DNA of 64,000 nucleotides. It comes from Antedon mediterranea (Eukaryota > Animalia > Echinodermata). The stretch is taken from assembly GCF_964355755.1 (NCBI RefSeq), contig NC_092672.1:3906001-3970000 (forward strand), given 5' to 3'. Position numbers and translations under genes: made by a program. Shown piece by piece: positions 52,541 through 64,000 of this stretch (position 1 is the stretch's first letter; each line of letters begins with the position of its first letter). Below the pieces are notes generated by a model. That model saw nothing but the letters and a program-made list of their open reading frames with translations. It ran no database searches and had not been told where the DNA came from.

Positions 52541-53526
52541 AGTAAACATATACAAATATTTGTATTGTTTTAAACACTTTAGATGAATGATGCTAATTCA
52601 AAAGAAGCTTTTGTTAGTCATTTTTTAAGGTCAATTTTACCAGTCAAAAAATTATAGATATAACATTTATTTTATTTGAGGAACTAAATTGTTTAAATAC
52701 ATGTTAGAAATAAAAATATTAATATTCAGTATTTTGAGTAAATCTATGTTATGTTGAACTATGCAGGCGGTTCAAAAGAATTACATTTTTTTACATACTT
52801 TATTACAGCCTATTCACACTCAAATGAGGAAGGTTTTAGTAAATTCACCCACTACAATTCTGAATTAATTAATTAAAGACTGCCAACATTTGACCTTTTA
52901 AAACAGATTTTACACATTTATTTATTTAACCCATGGCTGGTAGTAGTACTGCACTTTGCAAAGATTATGCTAAGAGAAATATATCAGCATGGGTAACTCT
53001 GCAAGTTCCTTGTTTAAAAATCAAAGCCTCTTCTTTTTTTTTGTTAAGTTTTGAATTCTTTCCTTGGCACACTTTATTTTATAAAATTCATATGAATCAC
53101 AATATTGCTCATGACGACACTGGAAACCAGTTTGTTACAACTTGACATATAACTTTGCATAAAATATCAAAAAGAACTGAGCATACTTTTAAACTCTGTC
53201 TACACTATCAAACTATTTTAACAAAATATGGTAGTAATATGCCAAAATATGGTCATCATATCCATATATTGAGAAATCAAATTTTGTTGTCACATAAACA
53301 AATATAGTAGACGATCTAGAAATTAGTTGATGTGTTGCCAAAACGGTGTCCAAAAATGAGTGTTCAAAAAGAATGTTGAAATGGATCTGTGTGCACACAA
53401 TAATATGGCATAAAACTATAGTAGCTTCGGCATAAAATTATAGTAGCTCCGAGTTCATTGATTATGAGATGAGAATTTTAAAAATTTAATTAAAAAGTAG
53501 TTTACTAAAAATGAATCAACTGTTAC

Positions 53527-54857
53527 CTGAAGAATGACGTCCTGAGCAGGATAACTAACAAACGGAGGTAACTTGAATTCCTTATTTATAACCTTATTAT
53601 ACATCTCAATGTGATTGGTGGAACCACTTAACGGATATTTACCCGTCATCAAGCAAAACATTATAATGCCAAGTGACCACCAGTCAACACGATGATCATA
53701 GTCACCCATATTTAGTACTTCAGGCGCTGAAAAAATTAAGGTAGATGTTTAGTTGTCCTGTTAAAAAAAAACATTAAAACTATGGTATAAATTTGGAGAC
53801 TATTACAGAGCAGAATTTAGATTTGTGACCATGTTTAATTGCGGTGGTCGATATAGGATTTTAAAAAAGATGGTAGGGCCGGAAATCAACAAAAGGAAGT
53901 TCTGTGCATCTCTCCTATTCTAGCTTACATTAACTATTAACTACATACTGTATTAACTACGAATTCAGCATTTTATTAATCAATTAAAAAAACTGTCTAC
54001 CTGTTGAACAATAAACAATCTTGGATGATATTATTTAAAGATAGGAAAATGATTCACTTACCCTTATTAGAGATAATAATAGATATACAACTACCCACCC
54101 ATATAAATAAGTGTCCCACAGACACTGGACGTTCTGCCACCTTGCTTCAGCCATTTTGAAAGTCCAAAATCGGACAGAAGTATATGACCGCCCTCATCAA
54201 GTAAAATATTCTCCATCTGAAAAGAAAAATGAGTGTTTTTAAATCTTTCAGCCAAGCCAATTTAAACTCCCTGCCTGTAATTTGCTTCCAGAATCCAGAA
54301 TTTGAATATGATCACTTTCAACAATCTGCATCTGCTACGAAAATAGAAATAATCATAGCAGAAGATGTTTAATAAGTTCTTTTATTATAATATATTAATA
54401 TGCATAATATACACACAACAGGCAAAGAACATTAATTCTAAACCGCTCGGTGGTATACTGAAATTAAATCAATTAATTTGAAACGATAAGATGAGGAAAT
54501 CTTTGAGAATGAGAAAAAGTCGCCCCAACCGAGACCCGTACCCGGACCTTCTGCTTGATATGCAGCTGTCCTAACCATTAGACCACTGGGGCTTTCATGG
54601 TATTGTTCAAACTCGATTTGATAGCGACTCTTAACATATTATGTATATATATATACATAATAAAAACTCTTATTATTTATAATATTTTACATTTTTTCGA
54701 ATACATACCTTTAAATCTCTATATATAATTCCTGCCCTATGTAAAAATGCCAAAGCCATCGCTATCTCTGCGATGTACAATCGCGTCGCAATCTCACTGA
54801 AAGTGCCCTCTAACAACCATAGACTATGAAGATCTCCATGAGTTGCATAATCCATTA
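53527..54857 (-). pseudogene. RSKR: Duplicated internal exons of an RSKR/SGK494-type AGC kinase (unit 2), lacking the 5' half of the gene
   Basis: Exons 54709-54857 (MDYATHGDLHSLW...HRAGIIYRDLK), 54099-54216 ([39 protein letters not shown]) and 53527-53726 (APEVLNMGDYDHRVDWWSLG...DVILQ) splice in frame. RDxKMENILLD and GDL.SLW are typical of RSKR. No N-lobe exons lie upstream within the unit, and no subdomain XI exon was found. Confidence 0.8.
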
Positions 54858-55839
54858 CTTTAAATCAGAACAAACAAAATAAATTATATTATTTGTGGAA
54901 TAATTTAGTTTTTTCAAATTGGCTTTACTAATATTTTGTATTTGTTGAAAAAAAAATTGATTTTAAGTCCTTATCCAAGAAGACCACCAGGATTACGGCT
55001 GTGGCATGCCTTGAGCCTGTGCCAATTTTATGGCTATAGTTGGTGGCGACACTACCTTAAACCACTTGGTCACTCAGGTCAGCTGATTGAACTCTCACAT
55101 AACTATATCTTTATTTGTGTAAATAAAACACATGTTAAACATAAATATATACATCATCATCTTAAATCCTGATATCTTAATCTGTCATCACACAGCTGAC
55201 AAATTATATATAGATATCGATATCAATACATATCTGAATTCAACAACAGTTTATCTAGGTATGCAGCTCACATAACAGCATCAACATTGGAGAAATGTAT
55301 GTAACTGATTAAGAATTAACCATTAAGTTTCCATTACAAAAAGGCAAATTGTCCAACAAGAGCTAAATGTTAATATGAATGTATGACATAGATATGGAAA
55401 TAAGAAAAAACTAAAGTATATTTAATATTTATTTTATTTGTAGCTTTGTGGATTTACAGTTTAAAAAAACATGATACAAAAAGAGACTATTTAGATGAGG
55501 GTGCATTAATTGAATTGTGGAACAGGAACAGCACATTCCTGGTTAAATTAGAAAAAAAAAACAGTAAACAACAATTTGATATTGCATTCACCAATTATTG
55601 TTTAAAGTTCTGTCTTCACTATCAAACATTATTTGACAAAAATGTGTGATTTGCACAAATATAGGGTAGTGATAATATGACATCATCATGTCCATATATG
55701 GGCACATCACATGTCTTTGTCAAAAGTTTGATAGTATAGACAAGGCTTTACTCCACCAAGCATTCTATGGTTGACAAGCATGAACAGAAGTTAAAATAAT
55801 ATCTGTTGCTTAAGTAACTATTATTTTACGTATACTAAT

Positions 55840-56044
55840 CAGGGAAGATTTAGGCGGGGAAGATTTAGGTGGGCTAAACAGGCTTTAGCCCCCCCCCCCC
55901 CCCTAACATTTAACAGCCATATCTTTTTAAAAAATAAAATAATGACTATTATTCTGCAACCTGATGGATCGTTTTATCATTTATGAAATATTTAGCGCCC
56001 CCCCCCCCCCCCCCACCCAATCTATAATGCTGGATCCGCCCCTG
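55840..56044. mobile_element. Small CAGGG..CCCTG element with 5-bp TSD (copies near 25838 and 39367)
   Basis: CTAAT|CAGGG...GGATCCGCCCCTG|CTAAT. Confidence 0.6.
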
Positions 56045-58568
56045 CTAATCAATATAGGCCTACCATTTACCTAAATTCGTTCATGTTTGACATTTCAATC
56101 TATTCTTTTAATATTGTATTTCTTAATGAAAATTTACCAAATAAAAATTTAGACAAATCTAAATTATTTTTAACTGAAATAGGACATGATTTTTAGCAAA
56201 TAATTTAACAATAGATACATGAAAAAATAAATATATAACCTCCTTGGCGGAAGTAATAACTGTTACATAAAACACAAATATTTGCATATAAAAAAACAAC
56301 TTATATAAAACGTATAAACTGACAATGTTGGTAATTGGATGAGGATATTTTTTAGAAAAAAATGGTACAATTGCACAAATTAATGTTGAAAATGAGGTAA
56401 ACTGTCAGCATATGTGGAATGCAGGTATGTTTGTGTACACACCTTTTTTTTTATAGCAGTGCTCAATATGTTTCTAGGTATAATTTCAATAATATTTGAA
56501 AAATCTACTCAAAGTAAAAATGTCTATTTAATATAAGTTTACAGGGTTTTATTATAACCAGTGGTGACCCCAGGAAATGTCCGAGGGAGGGTAATTAACG
56601 ACGGAGACTTGTGGGAATTTCTCTCCAAATTATTAATACTTGTAGTATGATAGTAGTATGAAATGTTTTATCAACCAACATGCACTTTATTTGAACATTT
56701 ACTGTAAATTCTTGTACCTGATTTGCACAAAACAAACATATAAATAATATAAATATAATAATATATATAAAAAAAAACATTTATGAAAACAAAAGATTTG
56801 ATGGTATGTACATTTATACATTGACATATTTACTATACATGGAAATTGAAATATAAATTAAAGGAATGATGTCTTGGAAATTAAATATTAAAACAGATTG
56901 CACGTAGCAAAACTTGGAAAGTTTTACAATTAAATAATGTTGACTAATAGTACTATAAATCTAACACCAATTCACTATGTTGTTTTGAAGCCAACTACAG
57001 TATACCTACTACACCTTCAGGACCCCAAAAAATGTTCCCTTAAAGAAGTATTGTCCCCCAAAACATGAAAAATAAAGATTAATTAAATCAGACTTTGAAT
57101 ATGTTATTTGTAGATTTAATAATTCCGTAGAAAAAAACCCGAAAAAAACCCTCAATGTTTTCACTTATAAATGGACAAAATAAATGGTTAAAATCAACCA
57201 AAAACCCACTGGCTTGCAGCCAATTTGACTCCTTTTTCTTTTAAATTACAGGTAAATACATTTTTTTCGATCCAATTTCTGGTCAAAGTGGAACTATTAT
57301 GTGACATTAAAATGGAATATTCAACAACAATTTTGTTGAGAATTTTCAGGGGGACAATACATCTTTAATAGGGATGTCCAAAAGGAAGGGTTTTCTGTAT
57401 ATCTTTTTTGTAGCTTGTATTAAAGGTCTGTGTGGATTGAAAATCTATATACAGTATGGTTGGTTATCTAATGGTATAAATGTTGCCTTATAGGTCGCAG
57501 GTTCAAATCTTACCAGAGACATTTATTTTATTTAACAAAATGTTTGAAACTTCTGTTGATATATGAGCTATGTTTGATATATACAGTATGTTCCAAAATG
57601 AGCAGTTTGGTTTCTAGTAATGATTATATAGGCCTATTACACTGTATTTATTGGCCTACTATACATGCCATTCTCGACTGTCAAATTATATGGCTACATT
57701 TTATTTTCAAGGCCTTTGTAGAAAGATACCACAATTATATGACATTTATTCAGGCTTTTAGTCACGTTTAATACGTCCTTTTTGAAGCAAAAACCAGCTG
57801 AATTGGCTCGAGGCCTTCAGTCACTTTGGAGGGTTCACCAGTCAATCCAATCGGCACCAGGCTTTTAGTCTCTGGGGCTTGGTCCTATTAAACACCACAC
57901 AGCACTGTAATAGTACCACTAACATTAGACAATAATGCATGTTAGTACTGACCCTTAAATAATCAACGTCGCTACTAAATATAACTTAACCTAACCTTCT
58001 CAATATTCCCTTCTATAGGTAGTGTGTTAGTGGAGTCTATCCTAGAGTCATATAACACCTAAATAAATTCCTGTCATTTGATTGTGGATCATATGGCGTG
58101 CAATAGTACGCACTATTAAACGATCGTTTAACAGTACTTTTTTTGTGTACGAAAAAAAAAAATTTTGTTTTATACTATTGCGTTTGAAATACAACAGCGC
58201 CACCTATGTTGTACTTTTGCGGCGATTTGAATGTTATGACTGGTTTTTCGCGATGGAAGTACATTTCTGTAGATATATGTACTAATTTAGATCAAAAAGG
58301 CATTTAAATTAGCTTCAGATCGTTTATAGGATTTTGATTAACTAATGGGAACATCTCTAAAAGATATGAAATCGTTGAAAAAACATAATTAGCCTAGATG
58401 AGTTCTAGTTGCCTGTCAAAGTTTTGCCTTTCAGCCTAGCTAGTAGGCCTGTTAGTACTAGGCCTAGCAAGGTTAAAACGTCTAGTTTGTTTGGTCGTTT
58501 GTTGACATAATTAACACTAAAGTAGGTGTGTTTATAAAATCCATATAAATATAACATTTAATATTATA

Positions 58569-59367
58569 CAGATATTGACTGCTTAGAGGTTAAATATAAG
58601 ATTTGACATCCCCGAGGGAATGATATTAAGTTCGAGGGAATATATATTTCCCGAAGCGCCAGCTGAGGGAAATATATATTCCCCGAGAACTTAATATCAT
58701 TCCCGAGGGGATGTCAAATCTTATATTTAACCGATATAAAAGGCAATATCTGTTATATTATAATAGCCAAGAACAAGTCTGCTGGGTTGGGTGAAGCTAG
58801 GCTACAGGAGAATTTCCATCAATAAGCCTATTAATAATAATATTATAATCAGGTAGGCCGAATAAACAATTCGTCTTCTTCTCGATCTTCGAGGAGCCGA
58901 ATCACCGGATGTTCAGCGCGTACTAGTTACTAGGTTACTACCGTGAGTATTGACCAATCACAAACTGTGTTTCATCACATTTAGGGTGGACTAATAACAA
59001 ATGAGGGCGCTATGTATGCATAGCTTAAATAGTTTAGAAGATTAATTACTTCAAGCAAGTTTCGTGGCGCAGCGGTTGAAACGTTGTCTTGTGATGGAGT
59101 GACAATTGCATCGCAAGTTCAAGATCAGTAGATGACTTTTGTTTATTTATCGGCAAACGCGAGTGTTGCACACGAAAATTACACAGTCAATATCATCGTA
59201 CTCGAGAATTTATATGATTAATGACAGGGGACACGATTATTACACGAAAATTACACAGTCAATATCATCGTTCTCGAGGATATATACGATTTACGATCCT
59301 CGCAGCTGTAGTCATGTGATGCAGTTTCAACCAATCACGTTCGCGTATTTACATAGGCTATGTAATA
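58569..59367. mobile_element. Nested hairpin-headed insertion (also at 28387-29109; absent at about 42045)
   Basis: Flanked by the direct repeat TAATATTATA; long hairpin 58588-58732; absent from the co-linear site in unit 2. Confidence 0.8.
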
Positions 59368-59838
59368 TAATATTATAAAACACCAAATGTTACTGTCAAT
59401 GTGAATCAAATGTAAGCCTAAGCCTATACCTTTTATTTGATTCAAATGACAGGATTCTATTTAGATGGAATATAAAACAAATAATGAATGCTTCATATTC
59501 GTGAATGAATAGTTGGTGAATGATGAAAGGTTATATATCAACTTGGCTTCGCCTCGTTGAAATATAACCTTTCATCATTCACCTCATGCCATTATTTTTA
59601 CCATTACACTCATAAAAATTCATTATTTGTATCATTTACAAATAGTGTTGTGTGGTGTTTAGTAGAGGACTAAACAGACTCCCACTCTTTTTGGAGGGCT
59701 AAGGGCACTAGTCAATCCAACATGCTCAATAGGCTCCTGCCTTTGGTCTCTCTGGAGTCAGTCCAAATGTTCACATAGCATGAAGAACAATCTTCAAATG
59801 ATAATGATGATTTACTTCATGGCGAATCTGTGTTGTTG

Positions 59839-59877
59839 TTATAAGTCAGTTTCTCTAATCCAATCAAAGTTATCAAA
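59839..59877 (-). CDS. RSKR: Terminal coding exon of the kinase, unit 3 (possibly the functional copy; upstream exons would lie beyond the window)
   Basis: Same acceptor and FDNFDWIRETDL*; this is the 5'-most copy in the direction of transcription within the window. Confidence 0.55.
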   Translation of the reverse strand, partial: FDNFDWIRETDL

Positions 59878-60045
59878 CTGTAAAATAGAAAATATTATTA
59901 TTATTATGTAATAATTAAAATGTCTAAATCAAAAATAAAAACTTAATATTGACTATTACAACATAATCTACATGAAGAGCCTTAAACAAAGGATAAATTA
60001 TATTCATATTTGACTTACAGTAAGGAACAAAATATGTAACCATCA

Positions 60046-60287
60046 CATCATATTTTGTTTTACATTAATCGGACGAATTATATTAATATTTGAATACAGT
60101 AAGGAATATGTAAACATAACATCATATTTTGTTTTACATTAATCGGACGAATTATATTAATATTTGAATACAGTAAGGAATATGTAAACATAACATCATA
60201 TTTTGTTTTACATTAATCGGACGAATTATATTAATATTTGAATACAGTAAGGAATATGTAAACATAACATCATATTTTGTTTTACAT
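60046..60287. repeat. 74-bp tandem repeat, 3 near-perfect copies plus a partial
   Basis: CATCATATTTTGTTTTACAT recurs at 60046, 60120, 60194 and 60268; fewer copies at the paralogous 29804 and 42737. Confidence 0.9.
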
Positions 60288-62501
60288 ACTACTGTAATAG
60301 GACAAATTATATTTATTTGGCTGGATTAAGTATTACAATGTATGCTCTTCAGTGTAATAACTGACATGTGTGCGCATACACACTTTTTAAGAAATATGAA
60401 GCATCAAGTTGATTGACGTTAAGAAATAGACCAATCAGCATCTTCCTATTATTTTACCTAATGGGAAGAATTAGTAATTATCTATGTTCACATGTGAGAG
60501 GGAGGTAACTTCACAAAAACTGTCGTGCCCACAGATGGTTCTCGAATACATAATAATTTCAGCGTTAAAAAACTGGCGATTTCAAATGTACGTACAATAG
60601 TACATGTCGTTTACAGGAACGAATAAATAGACAATGATTTATGTACTCAACTAAAATTAGCACCCTGAGAATTACTCCCGAAAGAGAAACTTGTCACAAA
60701 ATGAGACCAATTGTTTAAGTCAAATTTAAACAAACTTAATTTGTGTTTTGTATGTAACATTAGGGGTGAGGGATGGGGAAGAGGATGGGTGCAAAAAGGT
60801 AAAGGTAAATTTTTAAATATATTAAATATATTCTTTTCCATTTAGTAACGAAATATTAATTGTTTTCATGTTTTACAAATAATATACCACTAAACACAGT
60901 AAAACATTGCTATGTAATACTTTGTTGAAACTATCACCGTCCTAGTCGATTGAAATAGTAGCCTACAGTACAATACATCACTACGACGTGTATGTTTATA
61001 TAATGTAAAACAATTTGTGAAAACCACCTTTACTCGAGGAAAATCATAAATTTGATTTAATCGTCAATAAATATTAAATTATCTAACTCAACTTAATTAG
61101 TAGGCTTAATGGTTTTCAATTGTTTCTTAGAGCCAATTCATACTTAAGTTGGTTCTTACCTCCGTTCTTACCCTACCCACCAAAGTTGTTCTGCGTTTAG
61201 GGGATGTGATGCACCGTAGGCCTATCCTGTACTGGCTTTACAACGCTACTCATGCCAGTGAGGGAAGGGGGTGATGATGTGGGTGGTTTAAATGCAATAA
61301 TAAAGATTTTTTACATAATATACTGCGACTGAAAACGCTAGCTCATTATCCGTTTAACAAAAATTATATCCAACCTCTGCAGCACAGATTGAAAAAAAAA
61401 TGGATCAAATTTCTGTTATGAGTATACAGTACTTGCCTTTACGACGCCTGAGGGAATAGACACTTGTGGAACAGAGATTGGAATGTTCCATTCATCGCAA
61501 ATCAATACATTTGTATAAACGTATATTAAATCTATCAAAATAGTATTTTTTAAAGAAAAGCGGCCTGTCTTCAACATTATGATGCTGTACTCGAGCTGTT
61601 CAACCGGTTTTCAGCCATTAAAAACAATTATCGTAGGAGGAGATAGGAAAATGGGAAGCATCCTCGCATTATTGTCTGCGGGTATTTTTCAAGACGGACA
61701 TCCATTAGACAGTGTATACCACGATCGAAAAACACCCCTATTTGGGGCAAATCGTTGAACCTAAATTCGTTTTAATCGTCAATAACTAATTATCTAACTC
61801 AATTTAATTAGAAAAACAGGGTTACATCAGGTGGTTAAAATCAGTACCGAGATTCTAACCAACTTTATATACCATCGAGTAAACATTCTAGAAATAAGGC
61901 GCGATTTACCGAATTTTGCCCTTACGTAAATTTATATATAGATTTGGCTGGATTAAGTATTACAATGTATGCTCTTCAGTGTAAGAACTGACATGTGTGC
62001 GCATACACACTTTTTAAGAAATATGAAGCACCAAGTTGATTGACGTTCAGAAATAGACCAATCAGCATCTTCCTATTATTTTACCTAATGGGAAGAATTC
62101 TTAATTATCTATGTTCACATGTGAGAGGGAGGTAGTTTATTGAACTTGAACAAAAACTGCAGAAGTCATCGGATATTGCAGTTCCGATTAGTAATCCGGT
62201 TTGAATAGTTCCCTTTCCTAATGTTATTGTAACACAAAGAGCCGGTCTAATAAAGGTACTTAACAAGTTCAAAAGTCGTGGGAATCGCATGATATGTCCT
62301 TTACATTGTGGTATAATATCAGAAAATGGACAAATTAGGGAATTTTCGATTGCAAAATCACAACATATTGTTTACACGTGAGGAACAGATTTCATCTATA
62401 AAAGTCAAGTGAATATTGAAACTGGATTTATACATACAACAGCAGATGACAGGGAAACATCCAGTTTACAGATCAACAGAAAAGACATTCAGAAAACAAC
62501 A

Positions 62502-64000
62502 ATGTATCTCAGGTAAGTAAATTGTTATTTTAGGTTTTAATAATATTTAGGATGATATATGGTGCTACTGTACTTTAGCACTGCTACTCTGTACTTTGAC
62601 ATACTGTCTTTTACTGTAGTACTAATTTGTTAGAATTCTGTAACCTTCCTTGTATAGTATATGTTGGCTGTGGGAAGGAAAAACAATATTAAAACACACA
62701 AAAGGTACAATATGGGTCATGTGTACTCCAGTTAGGAATGAAATACAACTGAAGATCATTTAATACAAGTCAATTTCTGTTATTCTTTTACCATTAATGT
62801 TCTATTTAGCATATCTGAAATCATTTTTTTTATACATTAACATTTTGTCACCGATTATTGTAAACTGGAGTCCATTCTAAACACAGTGAAATGAGCTGTT
62901 AGGAGCTCAATGTTATAAGACATTATGTGATAGGCTGGCCAATTCCTTTCCATGCCGTATTATGCTTCCTAACATTTTCAATCAGGTACTCATTTACAGC
63001 TGAGCTGTTCTTATTGGGAAATTAACTTGGGTCTTATATCATATTCAAACATCTTGTTTGGCTTAGTTATGTTTTTTCCTTGTACAACTGGACAGCCAGG
63101 CTGCTTCTTGGTCCTGAGAATCGTATGTATGCTGTGAAATAAAAGGGTTGCAGAATGCTGGCTAATGATGACATCATGATCAGTGTGCAAAACATACTTT
63201 GACGAAACTCTGCTAGACAATGACTAATGGATTGCAACCTTTTTTTTAAATGAAAGGGGTATTTTTATAAATATGGTAGATTGGAAGAGTGCAATTATTA
63301 CTAAAATTTTTTCGAGGGGAAAAAGTTAACTTACAGTTTTTATATTGAATTTCAGATTTAATATGATGTTAACAATTGTGATACAGATTAGTATAATCTA
63401 TGTCATCAAATCAGCAGCTCAAACCAATTCTGAAGCTTGTAATAGCTGTTGTACAGCTGGGGTTCCTGGCATTCCAGGAAATCATGGTAATCCAGGTGCA
63501 ATAGGGCCACAAGGAATGAATGGAATACAAGGAATGAAAGGAGAACAAGGAATTAATGGAGAACAAGGAATTAATGGAGAACAAGGAATTAATGGAGAAC
63601 AAGGAATAAAAGGAGAACAAGGATTGAATGGAGAACAGGGAATGAAAGGAGATAATGGAAGCAATGGCTTAGATGGGATTCCTGGTAAATTAGGACCAAA
63701 AGGACCTCAAGGCCTCATTGGACTACCAGGTGCAAATGGTGTAAAAGGAGAAAAGGGTGAACAAGCTAGTCAGCAGAAATCTGCTTTTTCAGTAGTTTTT
63801 ACATCAAACCCAGGTCGTCACGCCATTAGCCCAATGAAGTACGACACAATAATTTCAAATGTAGGAAATCCCTACAACAAAGAAACAGGAAAGTTTGTCT
63901 GTACAATTCCAGGTGTTTATGTATTCCAGGTGACATCAATGAAATCAACTGGTGGAAAAATTCTAACAGCAATCAAGAAAAATGGGAATATTCAAATGAC
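62502..64000 (+). CDS. Secreted collagen + C1q-domain protein, copy 6, truncated by window end
   Basis: Exon 62502-62512 (ATGTATCTCAG|gtaagt) and exon from 63356, open to 64000; nearly identical to copy 3. Confidence 0.92.

Larger units (their letters stand above)
25260..64000. repeat. Tandem segmental duplication, 3 units: about 25260-38828, 38829-55300 and 55301->64000
   Basis: Each unit starts with TAACTGATTAA...CCATTAAGTTTCC...AAAAGGCAAATTGTCCAA and continues with several kb of co-linear high-identity sequence, C1q genes and (units 1 and 2) kinase exons. Confidence 0.92.

Noticed and set aside
44682-63220. Recurrent - strand ORF MSSRVSSK... in three C1q introns as a possible missing kinase exon
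   Set aside because: No kinase subdomain XI features; not preserved in copies 1, 2 and 5; recurrence explained by duplication.
31375-63664. Repeated - strand ORFs (LVLHSF, SLFSIH, SPFIPC repeats)
   Set aside because: Antisense shadows of the collagen 18-bp repeat.

Overview
AT-rich animal genomic DNA with GT-AG introns; the gene and repeat content suggests a marine invertebrate, possibly an echinoderm (inference). All exon models were spliced by hand. Left part: the 3' end of a + strand gene whose spliced exons build a C-terminal KH domain resembling that of AKAP1; a complete 15-coding-exon CENPJ/SAS-4 gene on the - strand (4186-21184); and COX6A (+, 23304-24296), head-to-head with CENPJ. 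The largest CENPJ intron holds a 5.7-kb non-autonomous TIR element (16-bp TIR, 5-bp TSD) that contains a 3.2-kb nested palindrome. Right part (25260-64000): three tandem segmental-duplication units. Each unit is the 3' half of an RSKR/SGK494-type kinase gene (-), with two-exon secreted collagen-C1q genes (+) lying between its kinase-domain exons and its terminal exon. There are six C1q copies: three intact, two disrupted and one cut by the window edge. They show hypervariable globular-head patches, minisatellite-driven collagen length variation, mosaic sequence and a shared promoter with immune-type motifs. Many MITEs and palindromic elements are present, and several have an empty site visible in a paralogous unit.
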